From Microbotryum violaceum (Eukaryota), in assembly GCA_001244265.2 (NCBI GenBank), contig CDLV01000020.1, positions 372,001-436,000 of the forward strand: DNA of 64,000 nucleotides. Direction: 5' to 3'. Positions within the stretch are counted from its first letter, which is position 1. The number at the start of each line of letters is the position of its first letter. The notes below the pieces were generated by a model. The model saw only the letters and a list, made by a program, of their open reading frames with translations. It searched no databases and was not told the origin of the DNA. Shown in pieces: positions 1 through 14,084 of the stretch. Made by a program: the position numbers and the translations under genes.

Positions 1-2028
1 CTAAAGCCGGGCAAATTTAGCTCACCTGCTCACCTCGGGAACAGCGTCCTCAACTTTCAAATTTAAGACCTGAGATTCTGAGACACGAGGACTGCCTGTA
101 GTGTCATGTTGCGAGGCTCGGTAGCGCACTGAATCTTCCTGCCGTTTGGAGTCCTCTGAGAGCTTGCTCAAACACCCTGCCAAGCTCGGCCCAGCTTGCC
201 GAAGTAGATGGAGCGCACGCCGCGACCCCCTTCGCTAGTACATTTTTTCGTTTGTACGACAAAGAGGTCTGGTGCCCTTGCAGAGCCAGTGGAGTCCCTG
301 GAAAAGCCATGATTGAGACGGACACAGGCTCTGCTCGAGCACGTAGCGGCGACGTCGGTCGGACGTGAAGGCCAGCTTTTACAATGCGTGTTTTGAAATG
401 CCCCGTCAAGATCGTCATAGGTAGCAGTAGAAGAGCAGAGGTCACGACGCGGGCGAACTCATAAGGGCGCAGTGGCCAGAGCTTCGGTCCCAATCAGGTG
501 GAATAACGTCCTTCAATCAGGAGGACAGTCGCGTCGACATGAGTGGTCGACTGTCATGAACCAGTAATCCTTCAATTCCTAGCTTGCTTCACTGGGGATG
601 GGCCATACATAGTACCAAGCTGTCCAACCCTTTCAAATTGGATATCGTACCTTTTTGAGGTCAACGTAGGCTAGTGGTAAAGCTTGGAACCGCTCCTGAC
701 GCCCGCTTACCTGTCCGGCCGGCAGATGAGCTGGTGTGGGGCCCCACCGGACCGCCGCCACGCCGGCGGTGCATGATCGGACCGAACCTACAGGCGAAAT
801 TGAATCATCGTGTAGCCGAGACCAATCGTGCGTGTTCAACAGCTGCTTCGATCAAGATGTTACTAGCGTTAGCGAGAGCTCGAGCGTCTGTTGTACAGGG
901 TGGAGCTATGTGAAAAGTATTTTTTTGTGGTGATCAGCCCAACTGGCAGTCATATAGAATGGTCAGGCAGGGAAAGTCGGCGCTTATGGGACGGCGACCC
1001 ACGCTCCGTTCGCCTTGTTGAAACCACTATTGCAGGAAACATCCGATTTTTTCGACGTTTATGTGCATACTTCTACTATTAGAAATGATGGGACAGCCAC
1101 TTGAAGAGCAATTACGGCTTTGACAGCGACGAAACGCGATTGATCAACTCATGCGCAGTCATCAGGGTTCGTCGGTTCGCATTCAAATCGCCGCGATGCG
1201 GGCGCGGCCTTGCTTGTTGAAGCTGGTGTTGCAGGCCACAGGCTCCCATTGAGGTACAAATGCTGGAATTGTTAGTGAATGAAGAGCAGAGAGGCAGTCA
1301 GTCAACCCATGCGCGGTCAGAGCTTCCCCTGTCCAGAAAATTAGTCAGTCACTGTGCGATGCATCTCTTGCCCTGAACGGTGTAGCCCGGATCGCAAAGT
1401 AAAGATGGTTGGATTGGTAGAGTACAGGTATCTAAGTATTTACCTAGGAAAGTACATGGTTTATCGCTTCGGTACTAGTCGAATTGATTCGACCTGACGC
1501 TGCGGTCGCCGACCACGTGGAGAACTTCGCTCGGATACCTGCCGGTAGAAAATTGCAAGGTGGGGATCGGGTTCTGCCACCCTGAAGTTCACAGAGGTGA
1601 CTGGGCTAAAAGCTACGCAACGACGTGGAATTTCAGTTCTTCCGGTCTAGCCCCAGAACGACCATGCACTAAGTACTGCAGCAACGATATCGCTGATCGA
1701 TCGCCCCGCCCAGTCATTGCTCACGGCGACGTGCGACGGCCGGCACCCAAGCTAGCTTGCAGCGAACGTCTCGCCTGACATAATGGAATGGACATTGTCA
1801 TCAGTGAGAGTTGTTTTCATATGAAGTAAAAACCAGAAGATTAATTCGTACACAGGCGGTTTTTTGCATTACGACGTGGCGCGAAAAAAAAAGAGAAGAA
1901 GAAAATCTTAAAATTACAACGACCAATGCATGGGTAACCCACCAACCGGCCGGCCCTTCTTCCACTCAAAATGAACTCGCGATGCATCTCAAGGCTCGAT
2001 CATTCAAAACGAACCCGGTTTAAGTTAT

Positions 2029-5000
2029 TTATAGCATCGACACGACGACTGATTCTATTGACGCGGGACTTCGTCCGTGAACCTGCTGATGATACTCGTT
2101 TGAATGACCGGCCGGTCGAGGAGGGGTCGTCATTCTCGGCGGCGGCGGCGGCGGCTGCTGAGTCTGAGGAGGAACCAACGGTACCGACCCACCCACACCA
2201 CCACCACCACCACCTGGCACAAGGTTCGAGAAAGGTAAGGGTGCTTTAGGAGGAGGGAATAATTCGTTTTTGAGCCCGGGGAGGAAAGGCTCGATACGTT
2301 CGAACGTCGCGTCCCACAGAGGGGCATGCTCGGGCGTCCGTTTCGGGTCGTGGGGAGGGCGCAACGATCCGGCTTCGTTCATGACCAAGAGTACGTTCTT
2401 GAGTGATTCAGGAACGGCTTCGTACTACGCGCGAGAACGGCAAGGAAGATAGTGTTGTGGTCAGTATCTTAAGTCGGTCCCATGGTACAAAGAGCATTGA
2501 GCAGGGAACGCTGTAAACTCACCATTTGATCCCTCCGCCCCGAGTGCATGAACCGGTCCTGGTACCCCAGAATCCTCAACCATAACTGCGTCATTGTCTC
2601 CATCCCTTGCCTCTCCGACAACTGGGTCAAGTACGACAGGAATATCTTGCACAACAACGCCGAGGCGCGCAGTCGCGTCTCCCCCATCCCTTCCGGATCA
2701 CGACGGAAGACTTGTGGTTTGAGCAATTCCTCCAACATGGGGAAGAAAACGCGTTCAAAGATGGTCGTGAAATCGACATTGGGGTTATCCAGAATCTCCC
2801 GAGCAACCAAGGTGCGTTGTAAGGACGAGATGGCGATTTGGCGTAGTTCTCGGGATGGGTTCAGGCACAGTTGAGCGTAGGCTGAGAGCAGTGGGATCCA
2901 CGAAGCTTCCCACGCCCGAGTAGCTGATAGGTTCGATTCCGCAATCAACGAAGGGAGAGCCTCTTGGGTACTCTTGAGAATATCGACGATTTGTCCCGCC
3001 CTTTGAGCAGCGGGGTCCTCCATCCCTCGATCAGCCTCAATCGCGGCCGTCGTCGACCTCGGCGGCATCCGCATATTACCACTCGAGGTCGTTGCCATCG
3101 ACGTCGTCGTCGAAGCGACGTTGACATTCGCGAAAGCGACGAGCACGACCAAGAATGAAGCGTAGTTGTTAGGGCCGAGTTTAGCCTTATCGTCCTTCTT
3201 ACCCGCGGCGAGCTTTTGCATCAACTCGAACGAGATCTTGGCGGCCGCTTCGTGTTGGAGAGTCGCTGAGAAGAGAGCAAAGATTAGGTTCCATTCCGTC
3301 TTGGAGTGGATGCGATCGGCGGATTCGTGGAAGAGGCGAGCCAAGCCCACCATGAGTGACTCGGCGACCGAGGCCAGAACGGCGGGTGAGAGGGACCGCA
3401 GCATGTCGATCGCGAGGAAGGTCGAGTCGCGTAACTCGTCCTCCGCAACGACGACGGCGCAGAGGCGAAGCAAGGCCGCGACGACGCGTTCGTTGAACAA
3501 GCTCGAGAACGAATTGGCAGCGGAGAGGAGTTTCGACATAAAGTCAAACATGATCGGCCAGAGCCCGGCGATGGACTCGGTTGAGCGCGAGGCGATGCTC
3601 GTCGCGATTTCGAGCAAGAAGACCGCAGAGGGGTCATACGGCAATTGCACTCGAGCGGTCGGCAAGCTGATCTGAGGCGATTGGTTCGTCGTCGCCGACC
3701 CAGTGCGCGTCCTCAGTCGATCGATAGTCAGGCGCTGACACAACTCGACGAGTACCTGAACAGGAGCGACGAGGGCAGGGCCCTGCAGCTCAAAGATCTG
3801 AGAGTAGAGTTGCTCGATCTGACACGAAGCAATGCAATCAACGGCCGAGAGCGTCGTCTCAACGTCGTCCTCGGTGTAGTCGTTCCCTGGTACATCGTTG
3901 CTTCCGTAAGGCGACAAGAGGTACGACGAAAGTGTCGATAACAACCCACCGTCACTCCGTCGATCCTCCCTCGGCACTGGCGCCGAAGTAGGCTTGAGCG
4001 GGATGACCGATCCACCCGAAAGGAAGTCCTCCATCGCCAACAAAGGCGGGGGCAACAACGAATGCACGAACAAGGCCTGCAATATCTCAAAGATCTGCGT
4101 CCAGCCTTCGCGGATGCTCGCGGCGCCGTTCTGATTCGCGATCGTGAAGAGCACGACGGCGGCGAGTTGCGCCTTGACGTTCTTGCCGAAGCGCACCGCC
4201 AAAGGACTGACAACGACAGATTGTCCCGGTTCGACGTCGACGACGGGAAACGAGCCCAGATCGGGCGACGTGGGCGTGTTCGCCAATCCTGTGACCCGCC
4301 CCAACGAGTTGACGAGAAAGTCAAACACTTTGGGCATGTCGAACTCTGCAGCCAAGGATGCGCACTCGTTGAAGCCCTCAATCGTGCGTTGGATCATATA
4401 GTCGTCCTTGAAGTCGGCGAACGCGAACGTCAGCGCCGAAACGATGGGTTTCCACACGAGTTTAAAGATCTGCTGATCAAAGGCGTTCGTGTAGATGTGC
4501 ACGAACGGACCGCTCTGGCGTGTACGTCGCAGCAGTTCCTTCCAACCGTATTCGAACCCGGCTTGGTTCTGGTGCTCTTCGGGCAGGATGATCTCGCGCT
4601 TACGGATCGAGTCGTAGATGCTTTTGAGGTATTCGGGCGCAAAGTCCTTGCCATCGTTGACGCCGCGTAGGTTGCGAGAATACGCGACAATGTCCATCCT
4701 CTTTCGTACTTGCGGGTTGTGCAGATCTGTGTTGAGCATGATGACCGAGTAGGCAAGAACATAGACCGCGTCCTGGGTCTTGATATCGGCTGCAAGTTGG
4801 GGCGTGAAAACACGTTAGCTATTGCACACAAGACTCGAGAGTGCACAGCTGGGGAGAACTGACCAGGCCCCGTGGCGAAATACACTTCTGCAAACGTCTC
4901 TGTGATCCTCGCGATCTGCTGCGATTCCCCAGGCAATCGGAAGCATTCCAACAGTTCGCGCATGGCATCGCAGATGATTTTCTGTAAGAACAGAGCCCCA

Positions 5001-7770
5001 CCCGACACATTAGCTACCCACACTCTTCTAAAGCTCCGATCCCTTAGTTCGGCGTCCTTGTGAACTCACCCCTTTGAAATCTAACAACTTCATAAACGCC
5101 CTCAGCACCTCAATTTGCTCTCCCCTCGAGATAAAGTCACCCAACAATTTCTTGTCCAACCTCGGCGTGGTCTTGAAGAACTTGGCTATGCTCTCCTCCC
5201 GGGTCGTGTTCGCGTCCGAATAAATGACGCCGTGTTCTTCGAGGAATTGAATGCCGACTTTAGGCTTGTGGTTGAATTGAGCTGCGCCTTCGAGAAGAAG
5301 TTGTTTGTTCGCTTTGGTTGAGGCCACGGTCGAGGCTGAGAGTGTGGTCGAGGAGGAAGTTGGGGCATCGGGCGAATGGTCGTCGCCCTGCCGCGAAGCC
5401 ATGTGGGAGACGAACTCAAGCAACGTGTCCAGCGACGAGAGTTGATAATAATCCTGTGCCGAACCAGATCCCGAGGTGGGCTGTTGATGAGAAGGAAACA
5501 CGCCCCTCGCCAAGAATCGAATCATGCGCTCGAACAAATCCTCGCCTTCGACCGCACAATCATAGTTGACCCAAAGGTCAACCATCGCATAAGGCCCTCG
5601 AGCGAACTGTCCCAAAATTTCCAACATCAATTCTCTCGCCTCTGTGGGCATACCGTAACCATGACCCGTTCCTCCTCCGTTCCCTTGACCCCCTCGGTCT
5701 CGATCACGCGAATCCTTCCCGTCCCGATCACGCGATCCGAGGCCATTCATGATGACGGCGCCTGTTCGAGGATCGATCTCGAGCGGCCTTTCGTTGGCCC
5801 ATGTTAGAGCATCGAGCTGGGCTTCGATCTCGCCTTTGCGAGTCCCCGGTGCGACCCCAGAAGGAGCGATGACGAGTCGATCGAGCAGGAAGGAAAGGAA
5901 TAGCTCTTGTTGTAGCTTCAGTTGCTCCCTCATTGTGTCGAAAATGTTGGTGATGACCCTCAGTGAAGTCGAAAGGAGCAAGAGGTTGTCGGACCGAGCG
6001 AGTTGGAATAGGTGTTTGCACAGGTGATCTCCGACCATTGCGCGCAGCGAAGGGAACCGACTAATCGACCGTCCCCCGACTTCAAAGGCGATGTTGAGCA
6101 GACCAAGGGCCATGAGGCGCATGGAATCGGTATGTTGCTGATCGTGAGGATTCAGTAGAGAAACGAGAACGCGCATGACCTCTTGCAAGGAGGGCAGACC
6201 AAAGGGAAGGGGCTCTTCCTCGGTCGAGATCGTTGACAAGGCATCTTCCTCCACCAGTGTCGAATGATCCCCATCGACAATACTTGAAGGCGCCGTCAAC
6301 GGTATTGAGTTCATCCCACTCGGATCTGCGGTCGAGGCCATCGAGGCTTCCAACGATCCTTCTCGGGGCGGCGGCGGCATCGGGGTCGGTGCGCGCGATG
6401 GATCATTCGAGTAAGGGAAATCGGTCGAAAACTCGTCCTCCTCCGGTGGGAATGTCCTCAGTCTCGAAAAGACGGACGCGATCATGGCTTGCATCGTTCT
6501 TTCTGCCGATCTTCGCAGCATTTCTGTAGATGCACCGTTCGATCGTCAGTATCAATCATCCCAAGCGGGCTTTTGAACCGGCTCTAGCGCGACGAGACTG
6601 ACCGCTCAACCTCATCTGACAACACATGCTCAGTCCCGTCTCTATCATCTCGCACACGCTCTCATCGCTCAGCACGCCCCCCAAGGGCCCCGTCAAGCCA
6701 ATCCTCAAGACGTCCAGGATTTTGAGGAGGACGATCTCGTCCGAGACCGAGTCCGAGGCCTCAAACTTGCAGTGCGTCGCGGCGTTGGACAGTTGGGCCA
6801 TGGCGCTGGCGAGATTGGGCGAGTCGGGGTGCAATACTGAGTAGGAGATGAATTTGTCGATCGAGGCCAACGCGGTTGCGGTGATTGGACCCGAAGTTTC
6901 AGGGGAGCGTACGACGTCGAGGAAGGGGGAGAGGAGGGTCACCGCGTCGAGCTGGGATACGTCGGCGCAGGCCCTCAGTTCGAGCTTGAGCACGCCGAAT
7001 GCGGTCATAAGACTCGATGCTGCGGTCGAAGCTGGTGACTTTCCCAAGCGACTGTCGGTTGAAGCCGAACGCATCGTAGCGGACACTGAACGGGAAGGAA
7101 TCGGTGGTCCTAGCCCTGTTGAGGTCGCGGCGGGCGGTGTGGATGCTCCCGACGACGTCTTGTGCTTGAGGACGTTGATGGGCAGCGCATTGTTGCCGAC
7201 TGCGGTCGCAAGGGATGTGCCCGGGGCCGAGGTGGATGCGATCGTCGAAGAGAACGACGAGGAGGACGCGGTCGGATGGTAGCCATAAGTCGAGAGCGGT
7301 GCCGAAGCCCAGCGTTGGTTCTTGCGCATGGCCGAGGTGACCGTCAGGATCTCAGCGAGGACGAGGTGCGCAGGCTGGATGACCCCATCCCGTATTGATG
7401 TTGAGAGTTTCAATTTTCCAGGTGGGATGATGTATGCGGCAGGTGGGGCGAAAGATGGGTGACAAGTGACACGTCGGAACACGTCGCATCGCGCCAGTCG
7501 GTCACAGACGAGACATGAAAAGTTTACAAAACACCACACGATCAGTCACTTGGCACCCTGCCTGAGCGGCGGGGCCTTACTCACCGAGACTTCGACGGTG
7601 AAATACCTCGCCTCTGCGTCTGTAGGGACTGCACTGCCGGCCATGAAGCGCTTCGTCGTCGTCGCGTTCGCTGTGGCTGTTGCTGGCGTGTCAGGGGCGC
7701 GCGGGGTGACATGCTCTCCAAGCTCGAACGAGGGCGTATCGAACCCTGGGATGTCCAACAGCGAAGACAT
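2029..7770 (-). CDS. GEA2: Sec7-domain ARF guanine nucleotide exchange factor, GBF1/Gea family (6 exons: 7585-7770, 6603-7374, 5070-6523, 4864-4981, 2523-4789, 2029-2424)
   Basis: Sec7 motifs FRLPGESQQIARI and AYSVIMLNTDLHNPQV; N-terminal AMRKNQRW and HCKFEASD..SDEIVL; LWVNYDC; C-terminal YEAVPESLKNVLLVM. GT-AG junctions join the ORFs in frame. Confidence 0.95.
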
Positions 7771-9276
7771 GATCGAAACGCGCGGTCACTGGTAGGGGGA
7801 AGGGCACCGCCACCTTGTCGGCCAGCGTCGAGCTCGAACGGGCGAGGAGCAGCGAGGACGCGTCAGCAGCAGCGAGGTTGTACAAATGTCCGCACATGTG
7901 ATTGTGAATGTGCGGGCATTTGATTATAGGTCAATACATGACGAAATCGTATCTTTTCGATGTCGCAGGACAAATATATAAGTATTCCTAGGTTGAATCT
8001 GAAAGAAGAACATGATACGATCTGTGCTGCAAGACTTATGATGATCCCTGAAGTCCTAAGCTTGTTGGCTCGTTAGAGCTGAAGGTTTCGTTTCGAAAAT
8101 GGGGGGGTTCCAGGGGCCCAGCACCTCGTCCCAGCCTCGAAAATGATGCTACAGCCAGACGCGAGAAAACTCATATTTTCGGTGGATGGATTTTCCCATA
8201 AATTAAGACAGGCATACGCTTGGAGAGCTCGGTTTCAGATCACTACATTATGACCTGAAACTCCATTTTTGAGCTTCCTACATCAAATCAAGAATTTTCG
8301 TGCATCGTTTGAGTCGATACATTGACATTTGAGGAGGAGGAAATTCAGAAGCCCCGAATTACTGAACTGCAGCCAATGTACGGCCTCTACTGAGGCATGA
8401 TAACATCTAACAAGGTTTGAAAGCTCCAAGAAAAAAATACCCTGACCTACTGACGCAGGAGATACGAAGTCATTGTCGTCTGAATCCTCGCGTGTAACGG
8501 TCTTGGTGAGCCGAAGTCCAACTCCGGTCCGGCTCAAAGATCAAGCTTTGAAGCCCCAATAGCCCGATTTCAGCGCCCAACGGTTTTAATCATATGAGAC
8601 TCCGTGACTCGAGCGCCGCGTGTGTAGAAAATAATCGCCGCTAAAGGGGTCAACGCCGCCCTGCAAGGCTGTGCATGCGAGGAGACGTCCCGAATCCCAG
8701 TTTTATCCCAGCGGTCCAACGTCCAACGGAAGCCAGGCTCGGCATCAAATCAGATACATGAGATTTCTATAATGATCAATGGGATTCTTCTGCGACACCT
8801 GCCACATATGTCGCCGAAACTGTCTCAAGACAGAGTTGTTCAATCACCTGCAGTGGTCCGTGTCATCTGATTAATTCGTTTTGTGTAGCACCGGCCTGAC
8901 TTAGCCACAATACCTCGGGTCCACAGATAATGCTGGAAGCTCGGCGCCTGCGCCTGCGACCTAGACACACCATGCCTCGGTATCCACCGGCACTGAGACA
9001 GTTTGGCAAGTCGTCGACCCTGAACGCGCCAAAACTCTGGCCCGGCCGACGTCCAAGTCGGTCCGGTTCGGCCTTTCCCTTATTGTCCAGCTGACGTGCC
9101 CGGTTCTGGTCAGCCCAAATTCCTGCCACCGCGGGCCACCCTCGTCTCCTTCCCTTCCCTTTCCTGTGTTCTCTCGTAACCAAATCACCATTTATCAAGG
9201 TCCCACTTCCCACGCATCAGACCTTCAAGCCTCGCCACGACAAGATGGTCCGCTTCCTCTTCCTCTTCCCCCGATG

Positions 9277-9725
9277 CCGACTCTTCCGGATACAGTCCCT
9301 CTTGTTCGGAGTCTTCGGAGATCCCCCGTTCATCTGGTTCCTCATACATCGCCAAGAACCTGTCCTTCGTCTCCTCAAGGTTATCTAGCCGCAACGCAAG
9401 CATTTTCTCGATCTCGACGTCAGGTATAGAAGGCCGTTCTACGGCAGCGCGGAAGGAAGAATACAACGAGCACGTGTCAGTGGCCTCGCAAAAGAACAAG
9501 CACTCGCGAACAAAGAGTGGGCGTCCTGAGCCGCCGAAGCGATCAGGGTCGTGTTCCCCGTAGAACGGCCTTCTATACCTGACGTCGAGATCGAGAAAAT
9601 GCTTGCGTTGCGGCTAGAAAACCTTGAGGAGACGAAGGACATGTTCTTGGCGATGTATGAGGAACCAGATGAACGGGGGATCTCCGAAGACTCCGACCAA
9701 GAGGGACTGTAATCGGAAGAGTCGG
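9277..9725. repeat. Long inverted repeat: arms 9277-9444 and 9558-9725 (168 bp each), 113-bp spacer
   Basis: Arm 2 is the reverse complement of arm 1, with about 5 mismatches by manual comparison. Confidence 0.95.
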
Positions 9726-9731
9726 AGCATG

Positions 9732-10203
9732 ATCACCCAATCCGGTGGAAGCACTTAGAGCGAACGGAGCATTCTCAGGGGTTCCCGAGTTCGTCTCCTA
9801 CTCGCCCGCGTGTGGGAGCGTATGACGGAGCTTCTACCTCGACCAAGCCGATTAGCCCCGGACTAGGTGCCGTGCACTAATTCTGTTCAATGCAAACACG
9901 AGCCTTCCAACCTGCGCTATCGGGTACGACCGGCTTCCGGACGCTTTGCTCCGACCGACCTCTCCCTCCCGCTGGCCGACCATAAGGTCCGGAATCCGAT
10001 CCAAGGCTTGGTAGCCCGGCCACGCCTTTGTCAAAGTCATTACATGCATGCCCTAGATCATGGCGTTTGTCTCCCGTATTTACACCACCCACCCAGCGTA
10101 ATCACCCAACCCGGTGGAAGCACTTAGAGCGAACGGAGCATTCTCAGGGATCCCCGAGTTCGTCTCCCACTCGCCCGCGTGTGGGAGCGTAACACGGAGC
10201 TTC
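9732..10203 (+). repeat. 103-bp direct repeat (9732-9834 and 10101-10203)
   Basis: atcacccaa..ccggtggaagcacttagagcgaacggagcattctcaggg...acggagcttc occurs twice, with about 6 mismatches. Confidence 0.93.
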
Positions 10204-10815
10204 AATCTCCTTGGACTCGTCGCTATCACGCTTGCGGTCCAGTCGCACTCAGCGCTAGCAACAACTTTCTACGACTTGTGTCAAACTCGAGCCAACCAGG
10301 CTGTCACGGTTCGTCCCGACCCTTTCTGATAGTCCTTCCGATCTCACTTGTCATTTGAACTGACTCCGTTGTCCGGCTTGTCTTTGGCGGCCCAGCAGCA
10401 ACCTGGCTGCGTAGGCATAGCTAAAGACCAGGGGACCAGCTCTTATCTGTACCTCAGCCAGTGCCAGTGTGGAAACAAGGAGTGGTTCCAAACATTCAGC
10501 GACTGCCTCGATAGAGGTTGTTACTTTTCCAAAATGGACATGTGATCTAGGTGGGTTTCAAGATAGCTTACGCACTGTCTAATTCGGTGACACTCAGTGA
10601 ACAAGAACGAAAATTGGCGCGAAATGGACAAGAGACGTCGCTGCAATATATGCAATGACATGTTCGGGCAGGACACCCCGATCGGGAGGTCTGGCGGCGG
10701 GCGAGGTGAGTCCGTTGGTAACTACTACGCGCGGCCACACGCTACCGTAGCCTACCATGCCGGGCACGGCCACTATTGTATCGTCTCTGATCAAGTTCAC
10801 ATCACAAATTGCTAG
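10190..10815 (+). pseudogene. Small secreted Cys-rich protein (CFEM-like Cys spacing), probably decayed
   Basis: Signal-like RSFNLLGLVAITLAVQSHSALA, an intron at ~10309-10395, then CVGIAK...CQCGNKEWFQTFSDCLDRGC. There is no in-frame ATG before the signal, and a TGA near 10542 makes the next splice ambiguous. Confidence 0.4.
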
Positions 10816-10900
10816 TCGGCGTTAAGACACTGAACTAATGCATGTAATCCAAAGGCGCTTCATGGATGAGGTGTCGGGCCTGCCGAAACCGCGGTCGTTG

Positions 10901-11497
10901 ACCGGATGTGTGAGGCCCGAGCGGCCTCGCACGCACATGACCAACGACTGAATCTGGCCGAAACCCAGCTAACCAAATATTGGACCATTATTAGTCGATT
11001 CCCCCCTTTTGTGTAGTTCAGTCTCGGTCCTCTCTCTCTCTCTGGGAGAACACATTGATTTCGAACCGATCCCTGAAACCCGGACAAAGCGAACCGATCC
11101 CTGAAACCCGAACAAAGTTCACAATATGAAAAAAGATGTAAGGCCGGTGGCCTTACAGAGGGATCGCGAGTACATAGCAGAAAAAACAACCTGTAATGGG
11201 ACGATCCGGGATGATCCCGGGATCGTCCCATTTCAGGTTTTTTTTTTTGCTATGTACTGGCCCTATCGCTCGTCGTATTCGTTGTCCTTGAAGAGGTGTT
11301 GTGAACTTTGTTCGGGTTTCAGGGATCGGTTCGAAATCAATGTGTTCTCCCAGAGAGAGAGAGAGAGAGAGGACTGAGACTGAACCACACAAAAGGGGGA
11401 AACCGACTAATAATGGTCCAGTATTCGGTTAGCCGGGTTTCGGCCAGATTCAGTCGTTGGTCATGTGCATGCGACGCCGCTCGGGCCTCACATCGGT
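10901..11497. mobile_element. Foldback/MITE-like element with ~200-bp terminal inverted repeats (10901-11124 and 11299-11497)
   Basis: The arms are near-exact reverse complements, including a CT/AG microsatellite. The left arm has a 28-bp tandem duplication (11062-11117). No TSD seen and no coding capacity. Confidence 0.75.
11173..11254. mobile_element. 82-bp palindromic mini-element (CATAGCA...TGCTATG) flanked by TA, nested in the foldback
   Basis: Hairpin catagca-A-tract-cctgtaatgggacgatccggg / cccgggatcgtcccatttcagg-T-tract-tgctatg. A related copy is at 40754-40845. Confidence 0.7.
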
Positions 11498-12119
11498 GTA
11501 AGGGGATGCCTCACAGAATAATCCTATACGTAGTCTCTGAGTAGCTTACCACCGCTTGAGCAGTCGTCACGTCCTCATAGGTTATCAGCCCAACACGCTA
11601 CCAGCGCGGTCACTTTCGTGTCCGCCCCGCCTCGCTCCGCCCCGCCTCGCATTTCGCACGGCCCAGCATGCCTGCGACCGACGCCGATAGATCCATCGGC
11701 ATCGCCACGCTGGTAGCTCGTTGGGCTATAACCTATGAAGACGTGACGCCTGCTCAAGCGGTGGTAAGGCTTTGATCGACGGACCAAGGAGACCAGACCA
11801 AGAAGTCGCTTGAGCAGGAGAGAGAGAAGCGCGGAGCCAGTTGGCTCGGGTGAGCGCGCGGCTGGGCCAGCCACCTTTGTCAGGCGCACGGACCCAGCCC
11901 AGAAAAGGGAGAGAGCTAAGGTGTGGAAAGGCCGGCCAAAAGGAGGTAAGACAAGACCGCCCGTCACGGCGCGCTCGCCGTTCTTGGTCATCTGTAAGTT
12001 CTGAAAGGGCGCGACTGACTTCTTGTTGCAGGCAGATCTAAGGTCAAAGGAAGGGATGGCGACGAGAGGTGAATCAGAAAGACGAACGCAAGCAGTGCTT
12101 CGGTAGGAAGAAAGAAAGT

Positions 12120-13260
<1,141 letters not shown>

Positions 13261-14084
13261 GGAGGGAGATGGATTGAAAATTCGTGGGGACGACGAAGTG
13301 GAGCGGAGGTCGCGATCGGCCAGCGGTAAAAGTCAGGTGTCTGTGACTCATCAACCGTAAATCCAGGCATAGATTCGGGTTCTAAAATAAGATGTATAGC
13401 TACTTAAGTACCACGTTATCACAAATTTGACTCATTGGATGTCTCGTAGGCTACCTGCCCAGCTACTACCCTAGTAGGCACCTGACCTTCCTACCCACTC
13501 AGGGACCTACACTCAATCGGAGGCTGCTCGGAAAAAGAAGAGTCGTCACCTGGCGGGCTGGATGCGTTGCATTTCGCTTGGCAGTAGTGATGCCGTCAGC
13601 GAGTTGGCTGCAGACCAATTTTCTCGCAACGGCGACGCTCGACTCGGAGGTGACTAGGTGACTAGTGAATTAGCGATCGGACGCGACGACTCATTAATAC
13701 TAGAGGCCACATTCCCCTCTTGGTAGTCAGGGGTACTCGGAAATCCACTTCCAGGCGGGAGAATCTGCGTAAAGTAGTAGTGACTACGTGTGCGTCAGCA
13801 AGTTCAGCACTCACTTTCAATAGGAGTTCCCTGGTTGCAGTCGCGCGCGCAGCTTCAAGCCGCTAGGTCTTGGTGTCATTTCAAATGCCTTTCTGAGATC
13901 CGGCCAGGCCCAAGCCTCGAGGTATTCTCAGCTTTCAAGTTTTTTTGGGTAAAAGCTACAGGCAGAGAGCAAAAGACCCCAAAAAAGCAGAAGAAAAGAA
14001 AAACATCATTTGTCTTACATAATACGAACAAACGTGCACCACCCCACCAGGTTACCATCGCTTTCATTACGCTCCATCCCTATA

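Noticed and set aside
1-1800. Short ORFs at the window start
   Set aside because: No recognisable motifs or consistent splice pattern, so left uncalled.
8050-8700. TE-like AT-rich segment; similar segments at 21200-21540 and 33290-34200
   Set aside because: I found no convincing TIR pair or TSD by eye.
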